Origin: Hemiscyllium ocellatum
Taxonomy: Eukaryota
Length of the DNA: 64,000 nucleotides
Assembly: GCF_020745735.1 (NCBI RefSeq)
Contig: NC_083412.1
Location: forward strand, 67,484,320 to 67,548,319
Reading direction: 5' to 3'
The number at the start of each line of letters is the position of its first letter. Position 1 is the first letter of the stretch. The notes under the pieces are model-generated. The model was not told the origin of the DNA and did no database searches. It saw only the letters and a list, made by a program, of their open reading frames with translations. Below, in pieces: positions 51,551 to 62,885 of the stretch. Position numbers and translations under genes: made by a program.

Positions 51551-52974
51551 TGATATAAAGTCTTGCAAGGCAGGGTTGCTGTGAACATCCAAGCAGTCTC
51601 AGAGTGAGTTAGCACGATGACAGCAAGTGAACAGACTGAACACACTGATTCCGCCAAGCTCAGAGTATCCTTGTTGCACCATAACAATACCAAATACCAG
51701 TGCAGCTTTGAAACAGCAGCAGATGCATACTTTAAGTGATCAGATCTGTGCCATGAGGGTTCTTAGAGGGTGGCACATAAGATACTACTGGCACAGGTTG
51801 TGTGTAGTCAGTGCCCATGGATTATAATGGGAGATGCTGGTGTCCAACATCAAGTCTCATGGAGGCAGTTGCGAGTTGAAGTGGTTAACTTTGACTTTCA
51901 TGTCAAGAATTCTCGATGTTTTGCTTTTCAATGCATTTAGAGAGATAGTAATCTGAATCTTATTAGTACAGAGACTCAGCTCATTAAGATATTAATCAAG
52001 CTATAATTCCACCTCAACTGGCAACTTGACATCACCGAGCAAGAAACTTGCCTTCCTGCTCAGCAGGTGGATGCAGCAAGTTGCTCCTGACCTCTTGCTT
52101 GATTCTGCCACAAATCTTGTTATAGCTCAGGATGTTCTGACTCCTGAAATTCCACCCCTGGTTTATTTTCTATAACCTTAATTTTTGCCTTTTAAAAACA
52201 AATGCCTCGAGCTGCACACTGAACTGTGAATTATTATTATGTTCTGGATTTTAATAAAAGGTTTAGAAATGAGAGAAATCATGCAATCAATGATTAGATA
52301 ATGGGCAAGGGCTTTATTTTGACTCTGCTTAGAACAGTTCCTTCCCTGGCAATATCAGCACATACTTCCATTTGCACAACAGATCAAACAATACAAAGAT
52401 AAAAGGCTGGAGAGATACAAAAAGTATGAAATTTGCAGAAAATGTGGATCTAAATGACAATCTTTCCTAAGTTGCTTTTATATTAGACTGACATGGAGTA
52501 TCTGCCCATTCTCAGTGGCAACCCCAGTAGACTGGTATCAGATTTCACTTTTACTGGCAAAGAACCACTATATGTACCAACATCTGGTCTCAGAAAATTC
52601 TGGCAAGTTTACATTTCAGTTGGCACGAAATTTTGCAATACCCACCTACCAGGAACAGGCATCTCTCTACAGCCAATTAAAATGGACTCAAAGCATTTAA
52701 TTCCTTGCTCCTAAGACCACAAATGTTAATATGTTATTACATAATGAAAAATCAAAGAGGATCCTGGCGTTTTGTTTAGGAACACTTAATTGACAAGCAC
52801 TGAAACAAGCACAAGGAACTGGTGCTAGATCAGTCTTTGTTGCTCCAATTCACCTACTGCTCCAAATAACTTGTGATTTATCTATATTTCAATACCCTTC
52901 AAGGTAGTGGCATGTGGGATTTGCGCTATATGTCAAAATAAGTTTAATAATTAAATTGCTAGCATTTCTGCAGC

Positions 52975-53598
52975 CAAGGTGATTTTCTTTTTTAAAAAGT
53001 CTAATCTTCCAAAATACAGTAAACATTTGGGCGCTATGGTTTCAGATTGGGTGGTCAAAGATTGAATATTTTTTCATGTGATAGTGGAAATACCCATAGT
53101 TTGAACGATGTCTTTTTGGGTTGGGCCGAAGTTTTGGGTGTGTAAAACAACTCATCCTGAAGGATGGAGATAATTTAGAACTTTACAAAAAATTACCTAA
53201 GCTAAGTAGCTTGGTTTTAATGTATTTGGTTAAAAAGACTGAAGGAGTTATTTGAGGTTCAGAAAGTCGAAACTCAGTTGTATTGATTTGCTCTTGTGAA
53301 AGAGAAGGGCATACTCTGATGAGAGTAGCAAAATGGAGTGCTTTTAGGATTGTACTTTACTGCATATTATAAAATCTACAGATCTATGTTGTAATTAAAT
53401 TGTTTTGATAATTCTTCACTTTCATTTATTTGGCATAACAAACTTCTGTTTCGTTGTTACAAACAAATCTGCAGCACTGTAGGCCTATGTTTTAGTGAGG
53501 GACCAACTCATTAAGAGGAAAAATATGTATATTCTATCACGCTAGATTTGGGTCCTGGATCTGACTTGTCCAATAATATCATCAGCTAGATCATAACA
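52975..53598 (+). mobile_element. Probable solo LTR (related to 32533-33476)
   Basis: Shares its 3' part with 33335-33476 and ends ...gatcataaCA. Left boundary uncertain. Confidence 0.45.
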
Positions 53599-54085
53599 AG
53601 TATAAAGCTACAGCAAGTAAAAACAATTCTATATATTCACCCATTTCTGCTCATGCACAGAACAACCTTACACATTTATCAGTTTTCAAATATGACAGAG
53701 GTGTAATTATTATCATCACAATAAAAATATTATGGCCATCACAAAATTTCAGTGGAAATTCCTACTTTCTACAACCAAATACATTTACTCACAAATGGTT
53801 CTGGTTTCATTAATGATATTTGAACTTTTTATTTGTCTTTGAAATCTGAATCCTGAGGGCTTTTCTTGTGTCAAGAACTGGGCAACATTTAACAACATAA
53901 TCTTATGAAGGAGTCTTGACAACTAACCAATGACAGTAGATCAGGCTATGACCATGTTTTGACTATGGTCAACCTAGTGCTCTGGCACTATCATTCAATT
54001 TCTTCTTTGACAAAACATTCGGCATAAACCGTGAAATGCAGAATGAGGAGAATTTCGAGTTCATTGAACTTTCTTCAATTAAATC

Positions 54086-54364
54086 AAAGTTAAAAATCAC
54101 ACACCAGGTTATAGTCCAACAGGTTTATTTCGAAGTATTAACTTTCGGAGTGCTGCTTCTTCATCAGGTAGTTGTGGAAAAATACCATAAGACACAGAAT
54201 TTATAACAAAAGATTTATAGCAAATTCTGTCTCTTATGGTCCTGCTCCACAACTACCTGAAGGAGCAATGCTCTGAAAGCTGGTGCTTCCTGTTGGACTA
54301 TAACTTGGTGTTGCGTGATTTTTAATTTTGTCCACCACAGTCCAACACCGGCTCCTCCACATCA
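54086..54364. mobile_element. Fold-back element of the GAAAGCTA hammerhead family
   Basis: Inverted arms of about 115 bp. 10-bp TSD caattaaatc (54076-54085 / 54365-54374). Tail on the right arm only. Confidence 0.88.
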
Positions 54365-54812
54365 CAATTAAATCCTGATTAAGCTGCTCTTCAACTCCAA
54401 TTACTCATCTTTGATCAAAGTTCTTTAATACTTCTACCACAACTAAATCTTTTGTGGGTTTCCTTTCGCATTAAAAAAAATACATTTCTTGATTTTGCTC
54501 TTGAATGGCCAAGCTCCAACTTTATGGCTTCTTTTTCAAGATTCAAATCTAGAAAAACACCTCAGACAGCGGGGAGAAATTTGACAATAATAATTACTGA
54601 CATGAAATGTCAGAGCAAGTATCTGACAGCTCCAGCTCACTGATTGCCCCACTGGGCCTGCACCTTGGTCAGCAATCCTCAGCATTCACTTGGTATGCTT
54701 GCCTTTATTGGTCAGTGCACTGAGTATATGAGTTGGGAGGTCATCTTGTGGCTTGATTCGGCCACTATTGGAATATGGAGAAAATGAGGACTGCAGATGC
54801 TGGAGTCAAAAG

Positions 54813-55554
54813 GTGTTAGCTCCCTGTGAGGCTGTCTATGCCACAATGGTCAGACTGATTCTAATGTAAAACAAACGGTACCCAGGGGAATGGCCTCAAC
54901 TGGGATCTTGGGTTCATGTCACACTACAGGTGACCCCATTGCACTATACATACACACACCCCTCACAGACACTCAAACCCCCGTTCATACACTCACACAT
55001 ACACCCTCTCACAGACTTAAACCCCTTTACACTCTCACTCATACAGGCACCATCTCACAGAGGCTCATTAACCCCCCACCCCCCCATACATCCACAAGCA
55101 CACATGTAAGTTTGTGGGGTGAATTTGTATTTGCAGAATTATATTTTACTGTGCTCAAAAACTGCACGAATCCATGTAAGATTCTGCAAATCCATTTTTC
55201 AGATTAGAATCAGTGTGACCATTGTGGCACAGACAATCTCACAGGGAGTTAACACATTATCTGGGCCAACATGACACCAATTGTTAAAGTACACTTGAGA
55301 ATGTAACTTTTAAAAAAGGTTTTGCGATTTACATAAGAACGAACTGAAACCAACATGGTCATTCTAAAAGATGAGACACTTAAACAATCCAGGTCTTTTC
55401 TTAATATATAATTTCAGTTACATCACACTGTAAATTTTTGATATAAATTCTGTGTCTTACAATCTTATTCTCCACCATCACCTGAAGGAGCAGCACTCCA
55501 AAAGCTAGTGCTTCCAAATAAACCTGTTAGACTATAACCTGGTGTTGTGTGATT
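54813..55554 (+). mobile_element. 3' end of a different PLE lineage (parent of the GAAAGCTA hammerhead family), with a 5' inversion
   Basis: 54877-54933 translates as GTQGNGLNWDLGFMSHYR*, typical of a PLE GIY-YIG C-terminus. A CA-rich UTR follows, then a decayed core at about 55481-55510. 54813-54865 is the reverse complement of 55203-55255. Confidence 0.8.
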
Positions 55555-56028
55555 CAGAACTCACGTCCTGATGTGCCTTTTAGCACTGACACAAAGCCAG
55601 ACAGCTTCTCACGTGTACCAGCAATGATCAGTCAAGAGGACAGACAGATTGCTGTACAGCACCTTCCTACGTCAATGTCAGACTTGCTTACCTGCCAAAC
55701 ACAGAATCGGCCATATCTGAAAGGTGAAGGGCATTAAACTTCAATTGACACAAAATCAAGGGCATCTCTCATTCCAGACACATGGAGTATATGGAGTAAT
55801 TGAGATTAGAAACTCCATATCATTACATCCAGCAAATGGGCCAAAGTCAGTTCTTCTGTTCCAGTGTAATCAGAAAGGGAATTAGTCAGGAACTGCACAG
55901 AGATCAGTAATCATGGGTATGTTTACTGACCAGATGGGGCTGTCCTTCCAAGTGCTGGCTGCTGTCACTCCTGAAAATGTGTTGCTGGTTAAAGCACAGC
56001 AGGTCAGGCAGCATCCAAGGAATAGGAA

Positions 56029-56064
56029 ATTCGACGTTTCGGGCCAGAGCCCTTCATCAGGAAT
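56029..56064 (-). ncRNA. Minimal hammerhead ribozyme motif (intact core, host-gene sense strand)
   Basis: Reverse complement reads ATTC-CTGATGA-A-GGGC-TCTG-GCCC-GAAAC-GTC-GAAT. Confidence 0.85.
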
Positions 56065-57294
56065 GAGGAGAGGGTGCCAGGCAGGCTAAGATAAAAGGTA
56101 GGGAGGAGGGACTTGGGGGAGGGGCGATGGAGATGTGATAGGTGGAAGGAGGTCAAGGTGAGGGTGATAGGCCGTAGTGGGGTGGGGGCGGAGAAGTCAG
56201 GAAGAGGATTGCAGGTTAGGAGGGCGGTGCTGAGTTCAAGGGAATCGACTGAGACAAGGTGGGGGGAGGGGAAATGAGGAAACTGGAGAAATCCGAGTTC
56301 ATCCCTTGTGGCTGGAGGGTTCCCAGGCGGAAGATGAGGCGCTCTTCCTCCAACCGTCATGTTGTAATGTTCTGGCAATGGAGGAGTCCAAGGACCTGCA
56401 TGTCTTCGGTGGAGTGGGAGAGAGAGTTAAAGTGTTGAGCCATGGTGTGGTTGGGTTGGTTGGTCCGGGTGTCCCAGAGGTGTTCCCGGAAGCGTTCTGC
56501 AAGTAGGCGGCCTGTCTCCCCAATATAGAGGAGGCCACAATGGGTGCAGCGGATGCAATAGATGATGTGAGTGGAGGTGCAGGTGAATTTGTGGCGGATA
56601 TGGAAGGATCCCTTGGGGCCTTGGAGAGAAGTAAGGGAGGAGGTGTGGGCGCAAGTTTTGCATTTCCTACGGTTTCAGGGGAAGGTGCCGGGAGTGGAGG
56701 TTGGGTTGGTGGGTGGTGTGGACCTGATGAGGGAGTCACGAAGGGAGTGGTCTTTGCGGAACGCTGATAGGGGAGGGGAGGGAAATATATCCCTGGTGGT
56801 GGGGTCCGTTTGGAGTTGGCGGAAATGACGGCGGATGATACGCTGTATACGGAGGTTGGTGGGGTGGTAGGTGAGAACCAGTGGGGTTCTGTCTTGGTGG
56901 CGGTTGGAGGGGCGGGGCTCAAGGGCGGAGGAGCAGGAAGTGGAGGAGATGCGGTGGAGGGCATCGTCGATCACGTCTGGGGGGACTCCTCCATCGCCAG
57001 AACATAACAACACGACGGTTGGAGGAAGAGCGCCTCATCTTCCTCCTGGGAACCCTCCAGCCACAAGGGATGAACTCGGATTTCTCCAGTTTCCTCATTT
57101 CCCCTCCCCCCACCTTGTCTCAGTCGATTCCCTTGAACTCAGCACCGCCCTCCTAACCTGCAATCCTCTTCCTGACCTCTCCACCCCCACCCCACTCCAG
57201 CCTATCACCCTCACCTTGACCTCCTTCCACCTATCACATCTCCATCGCCCCTCCTCCCTACCTTTTATCTTAGCCTGCCTGGCACCCTCTCCTC

Positions 57295-57330
57295 ATTCCT
57301 GATGAAGGGCTCTGGCCCGAAACGTCGAAT
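57295..57330 (+). ncRNA. Minimal hammerhead ribozyme motif (intact core)
   Basis: ATTC-CTGATGA-A-GGGC-TCTG-GCCC-GAAAC-GTC-GAAT. Confidence 0.85.
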
Positions 57331-57423
57331 ATCCTGTTCCTTGGATGCTGCCTGACCTGCTGTGCTTTAACCAGCAACACATTTTCAGCTCTGATCTCCA
57401 GCATCTGCAGACCTCACTTTTTA

Positions 57424-57596
57424 CTGCTGTCACTCCTGAACAATTACAAGATGTTATGCTACTATCCGTATTAGGGAAAGAGTAAAACTCCCTTAAACAG
57501 AGTTCTAAGAGAGTTTTACTCTTTTCCTAATGCAGACTGTAGCATAACATCTTGTAATTGTCCAGGAGTGACAGTAGCCAGCACTCGGAAGGACAG
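57424..57596. repeat. Near-perfect hairpin with about 90-bp arms; the outer part of the left arm is displaced to 55940-55975 by the PLE insertion
   Basis: ctgtcactcctgaacaattacaagatgttatgctac...aaagagtaaaactc pairs with gagttttactcttt...gtagcataacatcttgtaattgtccaggagtgacag, and ctgtccttccaagtgctggct pairs with agccagcactcggaaggacag. Confidence 0.9.
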
Positions 57597-58319
57597 AGTT
57601 CTAACATGGCATGACACAATGGATGGGTGGTCTGTGCAGCTGAATTCATGTAGCTGCAGTTACAATAACACTCAGACAGATGACGATCTAAAGAACCTCA
57701 GAACTGTTACCAGCCAGGCGGCTATTCGGCTCAATGTGCCTACCCTGGTCCTATTACCTCTGATCAATCTGCTGCCTTTTCCACATAAAGGAAAGTGGCA
57801 ACATATTTACTGATGCAAGATCCTATTCCCATTGAAATGCCACCAGATGCCCTTGAAAGCTTTTCTTTTTCATTCCCCTCTCTCTCCTTGCAGTGCAAAG
57901 AGCAGATCCTGGCTGGCAGCCATCTGACCTGGTGTGCAGCTGAGCTCACAAAATGGCACTGGCACCAGAAATCTGTGAAGGGTCCAACAGGGCTACATAC
58001 TTCTGCTGCTGGGGAGATAAAGTGTGAGTGGCACCACAGAGGCATCATGCAAGCATAGTTCAATGAGCAATGGAGAATTGTGGGAGATAAACTAGCGAGC
58101 GCTCACAGATCAAAACCTTCCAGGAAACTTCTTGAAATCCACACTTAGCTGATTTTTGACAAAACCAAACACTCAGTATCTACAGTAATGGCAGTCCAGA
58201 AAGACTACTGGACTTTTGGAGTTAAACCTAAATTAGTTGAAAGCATTCAGTGAACATTATTAAGCTGTAAAATCATTTTTGTGAACAAAAAAAACTGAGG
58301 ATGCATGAGCTGAAATCAT

Positions 58320-58415
58320 GAGTGATGGAAGGGCTTATGCTCGAAACGTCGAATTCTCTATTCCTGAGATGCTGCCTGGCCTGCTGTGCTTTGACCAGCA
58401 ACACATTTGCAGCTG
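58320..58415 (+). mobile_element. Short PLE 3'-end insert with a damaged hammerhead core
   Basis: gtgatggaaGGGCttatGCTC-GAAACGTC-gaat...gatgctgcctggcctgctgtgctttgaccagcaacacattt. Confidence 0.75.
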
Positions 58416-59429
58416 CTGACCAATCAGATTGGCTTGCAGCTCCTGAGGATTAGACTTCCTCCCAAGTGAGGAGGGGTTCCATTGTCTTGTAAATGTATTC
58501 CTTTCACAGTGCTTCATGGCCATCACTAAAGCGTCGCTCTTTGTAAATGTACAATGTCTGCTCCCTACATTTTGCTGTGCCTACCTGCTTAAGTCTCAAA
58601 AACATAAGCAGTCAAACTAAGAGATTAGTTGGCCAAACTATCCCTCTAGTACCTAACACTTGCATTATTGCCCAAGTATTAGTGAGTGATTCGACATAGA
58701 AATGTCTTCAATGAAATCTCATTCAATATTTCTTGACATATTTTTATTAAGAATACACTACAGTATTTTGTACAGTTTTCATCATTTTGTAATTGGCTTT
58801 TCCTCCAAAACTCTTTCTTTTAAAGTAACAGTTAAGGAAGCAAGTGCAACAATTATGATCAAATTCACAGAAACGTTTTAGTCTCAGATAATAGAAAAGC
58901 AATGTCAGGCAGAGAGGGCAAAGAATTGTGAAAAGTATTCATAATTATGTAATCAGACATGGTGCTTTCCCCTATTATGCAAAAGTCTTAAAACCTATAT
59001 CATTGGTAGGTATAGAAGAAACTCAAAGATAAGGGGAATGAAATCAGAAGGGATGCAATAAATGAATGGATTTTTTTTTAAAAAAGTCTTCGCTTTCACC
59101 AAATTTATGGGGACTTAACTGAAGGAAACGAGATACATATTCAAATTTGCAGATACCACCCAACTAGAAGGCAGAGTTGATGTCAGCCTGAAGTTATAAA
59201 AGGACACAGATTATATGACCGTTTAAAGAGGTGGCTGATCAAATTCAGTTTTGAAAAGTGAGAGGTTATCAGCTTTGATTTGAAGAAAGACAATCTGAAA
59301 CACATTTTTAAAATCCGTTAGTGACTAGGAATCATGATGAGGAGAAACAACTAGATACCCAAGCACATAAATCCTTAAAGCTAGTGATTGGGTATTTAAA
59401 AATCATAAACACTCCATTTCATAAGCTTT

Positions 59430-60262
59430 TATAGAGTCATAGAGATGTAAATTAGAGAAATAAATCCTTTGGTCTAACCCGTCCATGCCAACCAGATATC
59501 CGAAATTAATCTAGTCCCATTTACCAGCACTTGGCCCATATCCTGCTAAACCCTTCCTATTCACACACCCATCTCAATGTCTTTTAAATGTTGTAATTGA
59601 ACCAGTCTCCACCATTTCTTCTGGCAGTAGATTCCATACATGCACTACCTTCTGTGTGAAAAAGGACTTTACCATGAAGTCCTGTCCTGATTTGCCCAAA
59701 CAAATGTAGCACCTCACATTTATCAAGATTAAATTCCAAATGCCACTCCTCGGCCCATCTGATCAAGGTCCCATTGTACTCTGAACTAACCTGCTTCGCT
59801 GTCCACTATCAATTTAGTAACCATACCTCCTATATTCACATCCAATTCATTTATATAAATGACAAAAAGCAGTGGACCCAGCACCGATCCCTACAACACA
59901 CTGCTGGTCACAGACCTCCAGTCTAAAATATAACTCTCCATTTTGACCTCCTACCTTCTAGGAGAAAGTGAGGTCTGCAGATGCTGGAGATCAGAGCTGA
60001 AAATGTGTTGCTGGAAAAGCGCAGCAGGTCAGGCAGCATCCAAGGAACAGGAAATTCGATGTTTCGGGCATAAGCCCTTCGTCAGGAAAGGGCTTATTTT
60101 TCATCAGAAAATTCCTGATGAAGGGATTATGCCCGAAACGTCGAATTTCCTGTTCCTTGGATGCCTCCTGACCTGCTGCGCTTTTCCAGCAACACATTTT
60201 CAGCTCCTACCTTCTAGCCAATTTTGCATCCAAATGGCCAGTTCTCCCTATATTCCACGTGA
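59430..60262 (-). mobile_element. CR1 LINE fragments (tail + RT), interrupted by a PLE fold-back insert
   Basis: ORF 59584..59766 WAEEWHLEFNLDKCEVLH; GSVLGPLLF on the minus strand near 59870; tail homologous to 3100-3300. Confidence 0.85.
59960..60206. mobile_element. PLE-derived fold-back mini-element with back-to-back hammerhead motifs (- at 60054-60088, + at 60111-60146)
   Basis: About 95-bp near-perfect inverted arms. 14-bp TSD ctcctaccttctag (59948-59961 / 60204-60217). Confidence 0.92.
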
Positions 60263-61004
60263 TTTAACTTCTCTCCGATACCTCACATTCATTCTCTACT
60301 ACTGGACCAAAGGTGATTGTTTATTACTTTCACTAATGCCAGCAATGTCTACCCACTCACCATCACCCACCTTAACCTGCGACATCACTCATCCTGCACA
60401 CACTCCGCATAGCCTACTCACTCACTTGGGAATACCTCCTCACCTGCATCAACAGTAACAGCTGTGCCACCCACATTCATCTTCTGTTATACTTGACTCC
60501 TTCTGCCCTATTTGGCGTTGTTTTGTTCCTGGAATGAGAGAAGCACAAGACAGGTGGTATGCCACCCTTCATTTGCTTCCTCGCCCTTTATCAAGAGAGA
60601 ATCTGGTCTCTGATCATCCCAAGCAAAATCTTGACTGATATTGGATGCTGTCCTTGATGTACTGCCCCCTCTGGCTGAGGGGGAAATGTGCAAAATGGCA
60701 AGGTAATGTAAGGCACAGATGCTGTGAGCATGCAGGTATGCTCAGAGTGAGCAAGAACTATGGCAGCAAGTAAATAGCCCAGAAATACAGCCTGAAGCAG
60801 CGCAAGACGTTCTTGCTGCAGCGTGGTACTGACAGACCAAGGTGCAGCACTGAAGTGCAGAAGCCTTCTGAAAAAGAAATGAACTGGTGATCTGTCATGA
60901 CAGGTCATAGGAGCTGGCACATGTTTGATGCCAGCGTGACTGGTGACCATGGAGCATGCTTGAGATGTTGTTGCCTGTTGTCCAACATGGAAGTCTTCTA
61001 TTTT

Positions 61005-61320
61005 TGTTCATTCATTCATGGGATTGTGGGCATTGCTGGCTAGGCCAGTATTCACTGCCCATCCTTAATTGTCCAGGTGGCTGTGGAACCTCAACCATGT
61101 TGCTGTGGGTCCGGAGTCACACGCAGGCCAAACTAGTAAGGCCAGCAGCTTCTTTCCCTAAAATATATGAGTGTATCAGATGGTTCGTTTTTTCCCCCCG
61201 ACAACTGGCAACAGTTTCATGGTCATTATTAGATTTTTAATTCCAGACTTGTTTTTTCTTATTGGTAGGATTTGAACTTGGGTGTCAGAATAATTTTCTA
61301 GCTATAATACCACTAGGCCA
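61005..61320 (-). mobile_element. SINE with CR1/L2-type tail (same family as 21493-21712)
   Basis: attcattcatgggattgtgggcattgctggctaggccagtatt... tail and a tRNA-like head (ggatttgaac) at about 61270. Confidence 0.6.
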
Positions 61321-62654
61321 GCACCCTGCCAGTGGGTCAAGCAGTCAGTTGTAGCTGCCAAGACCACAACTCTGCTGTCCATGTTCAGGTTTTCCTGATA
61401 GCTAATTTGCAATTGGGTTTAGTAAGATCACAACTAACGCAGAGTTGGGATGTTAACAAAACTTTTAACAAGCAATAATGAATGTCAATTGGGAACAGTA
61501 CACTGCCCAGTCAGACCTCTTGCTCTAGTCTACCAGTCACAGTTGGTCAGAGCCCACCTTGCCCAGAGTCTGATAAGATTCTTCGCCTTGTATCCAGATC
61601 AGAAAGCCTGCCCATTTCAGACCCCAAACTTTTAACAAGCTCAACTGATCAGTACTAATTGGTGATGGGCTGACAACCAATTTCAGCAGCTGCCTGTCCT
61701 CCAAATTATGTGCAAAAACAAATTGTTGGAAAATCTCAGCAGGTCTGGCAGCAGCTGAGGAGAGAAATCAGAGTCATTTGGTATTATGAGTGGGCAGGGA
61801 GGTAGCGAGCTGGATAACCGATCTATTTTACATGCTCTCCCACATAAAATGCATCCAGTGAGGGTATATGGTATCCAATCTTGTATGCAGTCTAAGAAAA
61901 GACTAGAAACTTGCACATATCATGCTCACTGACTAACCAACTGAAGACTTTTTGTAATTATTGTACAGCCTTCTTTTTCCTTTTTTTTCTTTCATGTGTA
62001 GCTTTCTTTTGTAACAGTGTAACAGAAAGCCAGCATAATGACAGTGCCACATTTACTCAATGCAAGATAGAATTACAGCACAGAATGAGGGGTAGCAATG
62101 AATAATCTCATCTGTTGTCCAGGTTCCTGTTCCTCATGTTCAAAAAGGGTGAAAATATCAGAACAGTCAGTTCTGCAAAGATGTTAAAAACTGGAGAATT
62201 TTCAATGAAGTAATGAAGTGAGAACTTCCTACACCTGATGTGTCAGTACCACAATTAGAGCTATGAAAGAGGTACACTGTTACATTCAGTAGCAATACAC
62301 AAAGATGCTCTCACTCAAGTTATTGTTCTTGGCTCTTTTGTTGTACTTAACAAGAACACAGAATATTATTTTACATAATTCTGACTGAACAGTTCTACGG
62401 CCAAGTCTTCTGCCTTACTCTAGACCTCAGCAGAGCTTGCACTCCGAAAACAGTTTCAAACAGTCAATTGGTTCAATCTGGGTGTGAAGAATAGCCTTAA
62501 TTCTAAGTAGGAAAGTGAGGGAAAAACAACAGCTAAAGACATTTTTTTCCTATTGTTAATTTCTGAATAAATATCAGAAATAACACAAAACTTTTCTTAA
62601 ATTTGTTGCAGTGAGCTGAGAACATAATCCACAAAGGTCATCGGTGCCAAGAGA

Positions 62655-62885
62655 GAAAAATACAGCACAGAAACAGACCCTTCAGTCAAAGCAATCCACG
62701 CCGAACGTAATCTCAAACTAAACTAGCTCAACCTGCCTTCTCCTGGACCACATCCCTCCAAAGCTTTCATGTACTTATCCAAATGCCTTTGATGTGTTGT
62801 AACTGTGCCCACAATCACCACTTCCTCAGGAAGTTGATTCCTCACGCAAACCACCCGGTTTAAAAAGATAATTGCCCCTCATGCT
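62655..62885 (-). mobile_element. CR1 LINE 3' tail
   Basis: tacagcacagaaacagacccttc...aaactaaactag, homologous to 45680-45760. Confidence 0.7.

Larger units (their letters stand above)
55971..57423 (-). mobile_element. Young PLE with about 410-bp inverted terminal arms (GIY-YIG portion on -, duplicated 3' end on +)
   Basis: Same subfamily as 30040-32358. 55971-56392 mirrors 56983-57389. 17-bp TSD ctgctgtcactcctgaa (55959-55975 / 57424-57440). Confidence 0.95.
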
